A stretch of 11,838 bases of DNA, from the NCBI GenBank assembly GCA_963818965.1, contig CAWFUG010000006.1, forward strand, positions 1-11,838. Reading direction: 5' to 3'. Below are positions 1 to 8,019 of this stretch, piece after piece. The position numbers were made by a program, and so were the translations under genes. The notes beneath the pieces are model-generated. The model saw only the letters and a program-made list of their open reading frames with translations, searched no databases and was not told the DNA's origin. Every line of letters starts with the position of its first letter. Position 1 is the first letter of the stretch. The DNA is from an uncultured Verrucomicrobiae bacterium. Lineage in GTDB: Bacteria; Chlamydiota; Chlamydiia; Chlamydiales; Rhabdochlamydiaceae.

Positions 1-175
1 CGAGAAGATCTTTTCTAAAGAGCTCAAAAATACGAAGCTCTCTTACATGCTCAAGACGCTTCTCTTTTTTTGTAGAAGCCAAAGAGTGCTGAAGGTGGTC
101 CAACGCGCTTACCAATTCTTAAGGAACAGAAAGAGAAACACTCAGAAATACCCAAAACAAGGAATCGACACATGA
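1..175 (+). CDS. 3' end of an upstream CDS (partial); basic C-terminal tail, product unknown (possibly another glycosyltransferase)
   Basis: The frame starting at base 2 is open (EKIFSKELKNTKLSYMLKTLLFFCRSQRVLKVVQRAYQFLRNRKRNTQKYPKQGIDT*). It ends at TGA 173-175, overlapping the next ATG (172-174) as ATGA, typical of translational coupling. Not in the ORF track. Confidence 0.65.
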   Translation, partial: EKIFSKELKNTKLSYMLKTLLFFCRSQRVLKVVQRAYQFLRNRKRNTQKYPKQGIDT

Positions 176-1305
176 AATCCAACAAACACAAGCTCACGAC
201 TCTCTATTTACTCTTATGCATTATTTTTTTAGGAAACAGTTTATATGCAGACTATTTCCATCTCCCTCAATCTTTTATAGCCATTCCCGATGTGACGACC
301 GGAACACAGGATGACGATATTGAGGTAATAAAACGCGCAGTCGCGGCATACAGAAACACCATTGAAGAGCAGAAATATTGCGACAACTCTAGTCTATGGA
401 GTCAATTTTTCTATCGCCAACAAGCAGATATTCACAAGATGTTTATGAGGGCAGAAATTAAACAAATAGCAAACGTTCTGCGAAATCCAGCTCTTTCAGA
501 TTTATTCTATGGATTCGAAAACCTAGCGAAAACTATTTTAAGAAATCATGGCCGTGACCCCAATTTTGCTCCGGGTGCTATGGACTGCCTCATCCGTTTT
601 GCTGCAGCAATAGGCGCCATCCGCTTGGAAAATCCAGAATCCTATATCCCCACCCAGTGGACAGCAGATGAAATCCTTCTCAAAATTGGCCAAAAATTGA
701 ATGGGGCTGTCCCATTTCCTAATCCTTTTCCTTTGGAACACGGTCTAAAAACATCTTATGGAGTTGTGTCCTATCGCGCCTGTCAAGCCCTCTACCAAGC
801 ATGGAGAATCAAACAACTCGTTAAAGACATTCCAAACCCACGCATTCTTGAAATCGGAGCAGGGTTGGGACGAACCGCTTTTTATGCAAGGTGGCTTGGG
901 ATTAAGGACTATACCATTGTGGATCTACCGATGGCAGCGATCTCTTCGAGCTATTTTTTAGGACGCACCCTTGGAAAAGACCACGTATTATTTGCTGGAG
1001 AAAATGCACAAGACGCTGATCAACGTGTCAAATGGATCACTCCCTCAGAATTCTTAGCGAGCACTCGTTCCTATGATTTAATCATTAATGCAGATGGACT
1101 TACTGAAATGGATCAAAATGTGGCACTCGCCTATTTTCAAAAAATTGAAAAAAACACAACATTATTTCTTTCGATAAATCATGAAAATAACCCATTCACT
1201 GTACGAGAATTATTAGATATCAGCACTTACGTAGAAGAGGGATCTCGTATGCCCTATTGGATGCGTAACGGATATGTAGAAGAACTCGTGCGTTTCAAAC
1301 GATAA
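172..1305 (+). CDS. Putative sugar O-methyltransferase (class I SAM-dependent, TIGR04371-like) with N-terminal signal peptide
   Basis: 377 aa. Motif I ILEIGAGLGRTA, then YTIVDLP and YDLIINADGLTEM, the pattern of the putative sugar O-methyltransferase family. N-terminus MKSNKHKLTTLYLLLCIIFLGNSLYA|D is signal-peptide-like. AAGGA lies upstream. Confidence 0.75.
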   Translation: MKSNKHKLTTLYLLLCIIFLGNSLYADYFHLPQSFIAIPDVTTGTQDDDIEVIKRAVAAYRNTIEEQKYCDNSSLWSQFFYRQQADIHKMFMRAEIKQIANVLRNPALSDLFYGFENLAKTILRNHGRDPNFAPGAMDCLIRFAAAIGAIRLENPESYIPTQWTADEILLKIGQKLNGAVPFPNPFPLEHGLKTSYGVVSYRACQALYQAWRIKQLVKDIPNPRILEIGAGLGRTAFYARWLGIKDYTIVDLPMAAISSSYFLGRTLGKDHVLFAGENAQDADQRVKWITPSEFLASTRSYDLIINADGLTEMDQNVALAYFQKIEKNTTLFLSINHENNPFTVRELLDISTYVEEGSRMPYWMRNGYVEELVRFKR

Positions 1306-1382
1306 GATACGAACAACACAGAGCCCAGAGGACATAGAGAGAAAAACAAAAAAATGCTCCTTTTTGTCCTATAACGCCTTCA

Positions 1383-2267
1383 CTACTGGGCTCTCATTTC
1401 TTTTATCCGATTCACAAACCGGAGCATCTCGAGATCTTCTTCTTCGCTCAGAGAGTCCTTATAAGCGATGTAAGCCCCCTCTTCAAGACCCCACAAAAGA
1501 CATCTCGGCAGCTTTACCTCTCGAAAAAACTTCTCATCCTTGGTCCAGTAATGGTGTAAACGGATCTTATCCACGCATAAATTCGGCCCCTTGCAATCAT
1601 TGGGAGAATAGGCTTGAAAATTGGTATTCACGTGCCAATGATCTTTCGTATAATTACAAAAATGGGGATGGGTGCAGTCTCTCACATGCTCCGGTTGAAC
1701 AATCGATTTAAATAAAAAATTTCTGCAATGATCTAAGGGAGCTCTCTTGTTTAGTTTCTCAATCATGAGCTCGTCGGCACCCACCGATTCAACACCTGAG
1801 GTACCGAAGTGGACCCAGTTAATCCCGAGGCCAGAGACATACCAAAACTCCCTTTCCAATAGCTCAGGAAGAGAATCTCCCGTCATTGGAACGATGAACT
1901 CGTCGACGTCGATGAGTGCCACCCATTTAGCTCTCCCTCTTATCCGATTGAGACAATGGTTGTAAGCACTCGTTTGCACGGTAAAAGAGTAATACGCATA
2001 ATCGTTTGCTTGGAAAGAAGGCCATGGAATGAGATGGACCCATCCTTTTTGAATATAGGGCTCTAAAACTTCGCCGTAGTTATCTTCGCTGTCGTTATTG
2101 TACAACCAGAATTCTTCGACCCCCACCAATCGATGATAATCGATCCATTCAGCCAAAAAGCGCGCTTCATTTTTAAAGATAGCACAAACAGCAAGTGTCT
2201 TTTCATAGCAAAAGCCAGAAACGTGCAAAAACGCGATCGACAGGAATAAACAGTAATACCTTGTCAT
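1383..2267 (-). CDS. Glycosyltransferase family 92 (DUF23)-like protein, copy A
   Basis: 294 aa. LAVCAIFKNEARFLAEWIDYHRLVGVEEFWLYNNDSEDN signature, DxD motif (IDVDEF), KSIV and RLHHY motifs, hydrophobic N-terminal leader. GAGGAG RBS upstream on the minus strand. Confidence 0.85.
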   Translation of the reverse strand: MTRYYCLFLSIAFLHVSGFCYEKTLAVCAIFKNEARFLAEWIDYHRLVGVEEFWLYNNDSEDNYGEVLEPYIQKGWVHLIPWPSFQANDYAYYSFTVQTSAYNHCLNRIRGRAKWVALIDVDEFIVPMTGDSLPELLEREFWYVSGLGINWVHFGTSGVESVGADELMIEKLNKRAPLDHCRNFLFKSIVQPEHVRDCTHPHFCNYTKDHWHVNTNFQAYSPNDCKGPNLCVDKIRLHHYWTKDEKFFREVKLPRCLLWGLEEGAYIAYKDSLSEEEDLEMLRFVNRIKEMRAQ

Positions 2268-2283
2268 CCACTCTTCTCCTCTG

Positions 2284-3171
2284 TCATTGAGCTCTTATTT
2301 CTTTTAGTCGATCCACAAATCGGAGCATCTCGAGATCTTCCTCTTCATTCATAGAGTCTTTCTGGGAAATCCAATGCTCTTTTGAAGCGCCCCACAGGAG
2401 ACATCTCGGTAGCTTTACTTCTCGAAAAAACTGTTCATCTTTGGTCCAATAATGATGTAATCGGATTTTATCCAAACACAGATGCAATTTTCCACCATCC
2501 TCAGGACGATATGCTTCCAAATTTGTATTCACGTCCCAATGACCTTTGATATAATTACAAAGATGGGGATTAGGGCAGCGTTTCACATGCTCAGGCTGGA
2601 CAATCGATTTAAATATAAAATTTCTCTCATAGTTTAATGGAGCTCTCTTGTTCAGTTTTTCAATCATAAGCTCATCGGCGCCAATCGACTCAACACCTGA
2701 AGTACCGAAGTGAACCCAGTTAATCTTGAGACCAGAGACATACCAAAATTCTCTTTCCAATAACTCGGGAAGAGAATCTCCCGTCATCGGAACGATGAAC
2801 TCATCGATATCGATCAGTGCGACCCATTTAATTCTTCTTCTTATGCGATTAAGACAATGATTGTAAGCACTCGTTTGCACGGTAAAAGAGTAATAAGAAT
2901 GATCGTTCTCGTGAAAAGAAGGCCATTGAATGAGATGGACCCATCCTTTTTTAATATAGGGCTCTAAAACTTCGCCGTAGTTATCTTCGCTGTCGTTATT
3001 GTATAACCAAAATTCTTCGACCCCCACCAATCGATGGTAATCGATCCATTCAGACAGAAAGCGCGCTTCATTTTTAAAGATAGCACAAATAGCAAGTGTC
3101 TTTTCATAGCAAAAGCCAGAAACGTGCAAAAACACGATCGACAAAAACAACCCATAACAACTTCTCATCAT
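2284..3171 (-). CDS. Glycosyltransferase family 92 (DUF23)-like protein, copy B
   Basis: 295 aa. Same motifs as copy A (IDIDEF). GAGAGG RBS before tandem ATG ATG, so the start could be 3171 or 3168. Confidence 0.85.
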   Translation of the reverse strand: MMRSCYGLFLSIVFLHVSGFCYEKTLAICAIFKNEARFLSEWIDYHRLVGVEEFWLYNNDSEDNYGEVLEPYIKKGWVHLIQWPSFHENDHSYYSFTVQTSAYNHCLNRIRRRIKWVALIDIDEFIVPMTGDSLPELLEREFWYVSGLKINWVHFGTSGVESIGADELMIEKLNKRAPLNYERNFIFKSIVQPEHVKRCPNPHLCNYIKGHWDVNTNLEAYRPEDGGKLHLCLDKIRLHHYWTKDEQFFREVKLPRCLLWGASKEHWISQKDSMNEEEDLEMLRFVDRLKEIRAQ

Positions 3172-3184
3172 TTCCTCTCGTATG

Positions 3185-4072
3185 TCACTGAGCTCTCATT
3201 TCTTTTAGTCGATCCACAAATCGGAGCATCTCGAGATCCTCCTCTTCATTCAGAGAGTCTTTATAGGAAATGTAGCCCTCGCTTGAAGAGCCCCACAGGT
3301 TACCTCTTGGTAGTTTTACCTCTCGAAAGAACTTTTCATCTTTGGCCCAATAATGGTGTAATCGGATCTTATCTAAACACAGATTCGGCACCTTACAATC
3401 ATCAGGAGGATAAGCTTCCAAATTTGTATTCACGTGCCAATGCCCTTCGGTATAATTACAAAAATGGGGATGAGTACAGTTTTTTACATGCTCAGGCTGG
3501 ACAATCGATTTAGATAGAAGATTTCTCTCGTGATCCAACGGAGCCCTCTTTTTCAGTTTTTCAATCATAAGCTCATCGAGACCAATCGACTCCACACCTG
3601 ACGTGCCGAAGAAAATCCAGTTAATCCCGAGACCCGAGACAAACCAAAATTCTCTTTCCAATAGCTCAGGGAGAGAATCCTCCGTCATCGGAACGATGAA
3701 CTCGTCGACGTCGATGAGCGCCACCCATTTAGTTCGTCCCCTTATGCGATTGATACAATGGTTGTAAGCACCTGTTTGTACAGTAAAAGAGTAATACCAA
3801 TAATCGTTCTCTTGGGAAGAAGGCCATTGAATCAGGTGGACCCATCCCTTTTGAATATAGGGCTTTAAAACCTCCCCGTAGTTATCTTCGCTATCGTTAT
3901 TGTATAACCAAAATTCTTCGACTCCCACCAATCGATGGTAATCGATCCATTCGGCCAGAAAGCGCGCTTCATTTTTAAAAATGGCACAAACAGCGAGTGT
4001 CTTTTCATAGCAAAAGCCAGAAACGTGTAAAAATACAATCGACAGGCATAACCAGTAACAACCTCTTCTCAC
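3185..4072 (-). CDS. Glycosyltransferase family 92 (DUF23)-like protein, copy C
   Basis: 295 aa. Same motifs (IDVDEF). GTG start overlaps the upstream stop as GTGA (4069-4072), with GAGGAG just upstream. Confidence 0.85.
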   Translation of the reverse strand: MRRGCYWLCLSIVFLHVSGFCYEKTLAVCAIFKNEARFLAEWIDYHRLVGVEEFWLYNNDSEDNYGEVLKPYIQKGWVHLIQWPSSQENDYWYYSFTVQTGAYNHCINRIRGRTKWVALIDVDEFIVPMTEDSLPELLEREFWFVSGLGINWIFFGTSGVESIGLDELMIEKLKKRAPLDHERNLLSKSIVQPEHVKNCTHPHFCNYTEGHWHVNTNLEAYPPDDCKVPNLCLDKIRLHHYWAKDEKFFREVKLPRGNLWGSSSEGYISYKDSLNEEEDLEMLRFVDRLKEMRAQ

Positions 4073-4689
4073 ATCTCCTCATAGGCCCAAAAATTGCCAA
4101 AATAATAAATTTTTTTTCCTAAAACTTCCGCGCCCCGAAAAACTGCTTCTCGTACGGAAGCCCATGACCAATCATCTCCACAGAGCATTCCGCCACTCTT
4201 AAGATGGGGGTACCATGCTAGAATGTCTGCCAAAACACTTTCCGTATCATGCGCCGCATCGAGATAAATGAGATCTGCTTCGACATGCAGCGCTTTAGAA
4301 GCTTCGATAGAATCCATCCTGACGGGAATGATTCTATCCGTGAGACCTGCATGTTTTACATTAGAAAGAAACTGCTGATAGAGGAAAGAAAGCCTTGAGT
4401 CTTGCCCATGCACCGATTCATTCGAAGAGCCAAGCCAAGTATCCACTGCATATAACTTGCCCCCATCATCAAGTAACTCTGCCATGAATCGGGTAGAAGC
4501 CCCGAGCCAAGAACCCACTTCAATAATGACTTTTGGATGCATCTGTTCTATCTGCTTTTGCAATGGTTCAGCGTTAAAAAACCATCCATGTCCATCAAAT
4601 GGCAGATCGTGAATGGAGGCATAAGGCTCTGGCATTTCTGCACATAAGGGGAGGCAAAACAAACTCACTATTCTCAGGATTCTTTTCAT
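4069..4689 (-). CDS. Class I SAM-dependent methyltransferase (Methyltransf_24-like) with N-terminal signal peptide
   Basis: 206 aa. IIEVGSWLGAST, YAVDTW, DLIYLDAAH and LKSGGMLCGDDW motifs. Leader MKRILRIVSLFCLPLCA|E. ATGA overlap with the upstream GT2 stop (4686-4689). Confidence 0.85.
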   Translation of the reverse strand: MKRILRIVSLFCLPLCAEMPEPYASIHDLPFDGHGWFFNAEPLQKQIEQMHPKVIIEVGSWLGASTRFMAELLDDGGKLYAVDTWLGSSNESVHGQDSRLSFLYQQFLSNVKHAGLTDRIIPVRMDSIEASKALHVEADLIYLDAAHDTESVLADILAWYPHLKSGGMLCGDDWSWASVREAVFRGAEVLGKKIYYFGNFWAYEEM

Positions 4690-5744
4690 GATTTTGGCTC
4701 CAAAAGCTGTGGTAAATTGTACTGTTTAAATTTTTCTGACGTTCCATCTGGAAGAATCTTTTCTTTCAAAAAAAGCTGCTTGGCCCTTCGCATCAAAGAA
4801 ATAAGGGGGCCTCTCATAAAGGGAAAAATGAAACACACCCCAGCAAAAAGGAAGTAACCACACATTTTTCTACTTAAAAACCCATTGCGAAACGCTTTAA
4901 ACCAAATCGTTACCGCCTCTCTCAAATGTCCTGATGGAATGAAGTTACTCAGACAGGTATGGACAATTCTATAATAATCTTTCCTCAAGAGTCGCTTTAA
5001 TGCAGATTTTAAAGAGGGATCTAGCCAAGAAAATTCCTCAACTCGATGAATCAGCCTCAGCGTCGACTCCATGGAAGCTGAAAAAGTCAGAGAGCCTGAA
5101 AAAGAATCGGAATGAAAAACGAAATAGCCACACGGTTTCTTGGAAATGACAATCGGATACTGCCCAGCCAACTGGATTAAAAAGTCGCAATCCCAAGCGA
5201 CTTGATTTGCAAAGTCGATTTTCACCCGAGAAACGCACTCCGTTCGATACATCACTGTTGTAGGAACAGGGTAGTTACCGATCATCTCAAGGAGTGCCTC
5301 TTTGGAAGCAAACAAACCTTCTCTCGACCAACTTTCCAAAGGCGCACGAAAAACTTGCCCTTGAGCTGTGATCATAAGCGAGGATCCTGCAAAGAAGGCG
5401 CTCTCGGGGTACTCTTGAAAACTTTTTAGAGCCGTTTCACAAAAATGGGGCAGTAACATATCGTCATCAGAGAGAACAGAAAAATATTCCGTTCCGATTT
5501 GAGAAAACCCAAATTCATAATTCCCAAGCATTCCGATATTTTCTGCATGGCAAAAATACTGAATGCGGGGATCTTCCTTTGCAAATCGCGCTACGATCTC
5601 AGCAGTCTCATCCTGAGACGCATTATCACAAATGAGTACACACAACTCTTTGCATGTTTGGCTGAGCACGCTTTCGATGGCCCTTTTCAATAGCTGAGGC
5701 CGCCGGTAAGTGGGAATGAACACTGTAATTAAAGGAAAAGACAT
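4686..5744 (-). CDS. Glycosyltransferase family 2 protein
   Basis: ITVFIPTYRR, CDNASQDET, ENIG...N and SDDD GT-A motifs. Start revised from 5783 to ATG 5744 (MSFPLITV...) because GAAAGG lies just upstream and 5783 falls inside the predicted promoter spacer. No signal peptide. Confidence 0.88.
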   Translation of the reverse strand: MSFPLITVFIPTYRRPQLLKRAIESVLSQTCKELCVLICDNASQDETAEIVARFAKEDPRIQYFCHAENIGMLGNYEFGFSQIGTEYFSVLSDDDMLLPHFCETALKSFQEYPESAFFAGSSLMITAQGQVFRAPLESWSREGLFASKEALLEMIGNYPVPTTVMYRTECVSRVKIDFANQVAWDCDFLIQLAGQYPIVISKKPCGYFVFHSDSFSGSLTFSASMESTLRLIHRVEEFSWLDPSLKSALKRLLRKDYYRIVHTCLSNFIPSGHLREAVTIWFKAFRNGFLSRKMCGYFLFAGVCFIFPFMRGPLISLMRRAKQLFLKEKILPDGTSEKFKQYNLPQLLEPKS

Positions 5745-5763
5745 GTGACCTTTCAGTAGATCC

Positions 5764-5793
5764 TCGAAAAAATACAGCCTCATCCACTATATT
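5764..5793 (+). promoter_or_regulatory. Weak candidate promoter for the rightward GT2, overlapping the leftward promoter
   Basis: TCGAAA (5764-5769), 18 nt, TATATT (5788-5793). Confidence 0.3.
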
Positions 5794-5798
5794 GTCAA
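5769..5798 (-). promoter_or_regulatory. Sigma70/sigma66-type promoter for the leftward GT2-MTase-GT92x3 operon
   Basis: Minus strand reads TTGACA (5798-5793), 18 nt, TATTTT (5774-5769), about 25 nt upstream of ATG 5744. Confidence 0.6.
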
Positions 5799-5823
5799 AT
5801 TGTGTAACATGCGGAGCCTTCCT

Positions 5824-6843
5824 ATGACGCCAGAAATTACGACGATCATTACGACTTATCGACGTCCCCATCTCTTGAAAAAAGCCATCCTCAGCGCTCT
5901 GAATCAAACATTTTCAAACATTCAAGTATGCGTCTATGACAACGCTTCAAGAGATGGGACGGAGCAAATCGTCAGGGAGTTGATGCAGTGCGATCCCAGA
6001 ATCAAGTATCACTGTCATACAGAAAATATCGGCATGATGGCCAACTACCAATACGCCCTTTCTCAAATTAGTACGCCCTATTTTTCACTTCTCTCTGATG
6101 ATGATCAATTGCTGCCGGAATTCTATAAAATTGCCCTACAAAGTTTTCAACAATACCCCGAGATCGCTTTTTGCGCATGCGGTGTCAGAGCAATTGATGA
6201 AAAGGAGTACTTTGTCTCCAGTCCCATCAGCATGTGGAATAGAACGGGTTATTTTTCTGCCCTGGAAGGATTCGATGAAATGATCACCAAACCGCTTTTG
6301 CCAGTCGGAGTACTTTTCCAAACTAACCAAGTCAAAGAAATCCAACCCGATTTGAGTCATGAAATTCAAATCCGATGGGACACAGACTACCTCCTGCAAA
6401 TCATCGAACGACACCCCTATTTCATCAATGGGGAAATCTGTGCCTTGTTTTTGGCACACAGCAATGGATTTTCCACGGGAAATTATAGACAAATGCATTT
6501 ATGCGCTAAAAAATTTGAAAAGCATGTGCATGCCACAAAGCAAATGATCCATCGCATAGAGAAGAGTAAGAAAATCCCTTCCACTCTCAAAGAAAAACCG
6601 ATAAAAGAGCTCCATCAACAGCTAAACATCGATTTTCGCAACATGATTGCAAATTACTTCGAAAAAAAACTCACCAAAGCCTCTAAGGAACTATTCCGTC
6701 TTTATGTACATACCTACGGATTTGGCGTCCTAGAGCCGCAAAACTTCAAGGGCTTTCTAAAGTCCTGGCTCATCAATTATCTGCCCCAGGCCCTTCCCCT
6801 TCTCCTCAAAGCTCGAAATTTGGCCCTCAAGAAAAAGCAATAG
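5824..6843 (+). CDS. Glycosyltransferase family 2 protein (paralog of the divergent GT2)
   Basis: ITTIITTYRRP, YDNASRDGT, ENIGMMAN and SDDD motifs. Start revised from 5800 to ATG 5824 (MTPEIT...), with GGAG at 5813-5816. No signal peptide. Confidence 0.88.
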   Translation: MTPEITTIITTYRRPHLLKKAILSALNQTFSNIQVCVYDNASRDGTEQIVRELMQCDPRIKYHCHTENIGMMANYQYALSQISTPYFSLLSDDDQLLPEFYKIALQSFQQYPEIAFCACGVRAIDEKEYFVSSPISMWNRTGYFSALEGFDEMITKPLLPVGVLFQTNQVKEIQPDLSHEIQIRWDTDYLLQIIERHPYFINGEICALFLAHSNGFSTGNYRQMHLCAKKFEKHVHATKQMIHRIEKSKKIPSTLKEKPIKELHQQLNIDFRNMIANYFEKKLTKASKELFRLYVHTYGFGVLEPQNFKGFLKSWLINYLPQALPLLLKARNLALKKKQ

Positions 6844-6855
6844 GGAAATAAAGAA

Positions 6856-6885
6856 TTGCATACCTTTCACCAAAGTCTGTATAGT
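6856..6885 (+). promoter_or_regulatory. Sigma70/sigma66-type promoter for 6969-8694
   Basis: TTGCAT (6856-6861), 18 nt, TATAGT (6880-6885). Strong RBS AAGGAGAGG at 6954-6962. Confidence 0.5.
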
Positions 6886-6968
6886 CAAAACGTTTGTATA
6901 TAGTGCTTCCACCTCAATCGTAACCGCAAGCAAACCGATTAAAAGTTGGATATAAGGAGAGGTATTGA

Positions 6969-7988
6969 ATGAACCACAAAAACCGACTCTTTGTCTTTGC
7001 TTCTGTGCTGTTTTGTTTACTCTCCGGTTTCTTGGTCGCTAAAAATGACGAAGACATTGTGAAAAGGCATGGATTATTAGTTGGTAAATACCTCCATCCA
7101 GCCAACCAAAAAGTCATTCTCGAAGATTGGCACCATCCCACGATTCGCGATTATTGGAAAATACAACATTATCTGACGCAAGCTCCTCGTCCTGAATTGC
7201 AGTATCTAAATTTTCAAGGAAGCCCATTCAGAGCCGACAGAATGCGCAATTTTCGTCTTATTACTAATGAAGTACAGCCTAAATTTGAGATTATTTCGCT
7301 CAACGAAGACCCCTCTGAGAGAAAAAACTGCATTGTAACCTACGTTTCCATCAACGATAACTACATTAGAAAACAACAGGAACTCATCCAAAGGCTACGG
7401 TCCGTTGGATTTAATGGGCATGTCATTCAAAGAATCGGTGGATGGCCCGCTACTGAAATGGGTTCATTAGAATTTTTCGATATTCCTTACGCCTTTAAAA
7501 TTTGCGCATTATTGGAGGCGAGAAATTTGGGTTATCAAAACTGTTTATGGCTTGATTCTTATATGGTGCCACTGACCGATCTGAGTGACCTATTTAATCA
7601 TATAACGGAACATGGAATATTTTTGTTTTACAGCCACATTGGCGGTGGAATAGGCCACATTCAACCCTTTGCAGCTGAGTCCTTCGGCACATCGGTTTCC
7701 TGTTTTGAGCAAGGGGCAGGTATCACTGCCTGCATTGTCGGGGTCAGTTCGTTCCACGAAAGAGGTATCCAGTTCCTGGATTCTTGGCACGCCATGTTGG
7801 CTACTCAAAGGCTGGGATTCCTGTCATTCATTCCTGAACAAGCAGCCCTATGTGTGCTTGCTGATCGTTTAGGGCTCGGCCCGTACGCAGGCAATCCAAA
7901 ATTTGTAGCCTCTGGGTGCGACCCCGATGTGATTACATGTGATGCAAATATATGCTGGGACCGTTTCACTCAAACCTATGGTCCCTAA
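6969..7988 (+). CDS. Hypothetical exported or membrane-anchored protein, probable GT-A-fold nucleotide-diphospho-sugar transferase
   Basis: 339 aa. Hydrophobic N-terminus (RLFVFASVLFCLLSGFLVA). PYAFKICALLEA..GY..CLWLDS and a later EQAAL resemble the K...WxD and DQ/EQ motifs of GT-A transferases. The CDS is solid; the function is tentative. Confidence 0.55.
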   Translation: MNHKNRLFVFASVLFCLLSGFLVAKNDEDIVKRHGLLVGKYLHPANQKVILEDWHHPTIRDYWKIQHYLTQAPRPELQYLNFQGSPFRADRMRNFRLITNEVQPKFEIISLNEDPSERKNCIVTYVSINDNYIRKQQELIQRLRSVGFNGHVIQRIGGWPATEMGSLEFFDIPYAFKICALLEARNLGYQNCLWLDSYMVPLTDLSDLFNHITEHGIFLFYSHIGGGIGHIQPFAAESFGTSVSCFEQGAGITACIVGVSSFHERGIQFLDSWHAMLATQRLGFLSFIPEQAALCVLADRLGLGPYAGNPKFVASGCDPDVITCDANICWDRFTQTYGP

Positions 7989-8019
7989 TCGTCTTAACTT
8001 TTAAACTTATGAGGCTCCC

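Larger units (their letters stand above)
1383..4072. repeat. Tandem triplication of a 901-bp gene unit
   Basis: Stop codons begin at 1383, 2284 and 3185, each 901 bp apart. The three proteins align without internal gaps, and copies A and C are roughly 84% identical by manual count. Confidence 0.9.

Noticed and set aside
1364..3513. Plus-strand ORFs 1364-1711 and 3034-3513 that resemble each other (also 1747-1965)
   Set aside because: They are antisense shadows of the GT92 paralogs. Their similarity follows from the duplication, and the track shows no equivalent ORF opposite copy B's 3' half.
1383..4072. GT92 repeats as a diversity-generating retroelement (TR/VR) or cassette-switching system
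   Set aside because: Differences involve all bases and many are synonymous rather than adenine-specific. All three copies are full genes with an RBS, and no reverse transcriptase or recombinase is in the window.
1383..4072. Gene-conversion mosaicism among the three copies
   Set aside because: A=B, A=C and B=C sites are interleaved. With three sequences and no outgroup, private substitutions explain the pattern equally well.
4110..4117. 8-nt A/T homopolymers in the MTase (4110-4117) and GT2 (6662-6669) as phase-variation tracts
   Set aside because: They are short, in frame, near the 3' ends and encode Lys-Lys, which is expected in AT-rich sequence.
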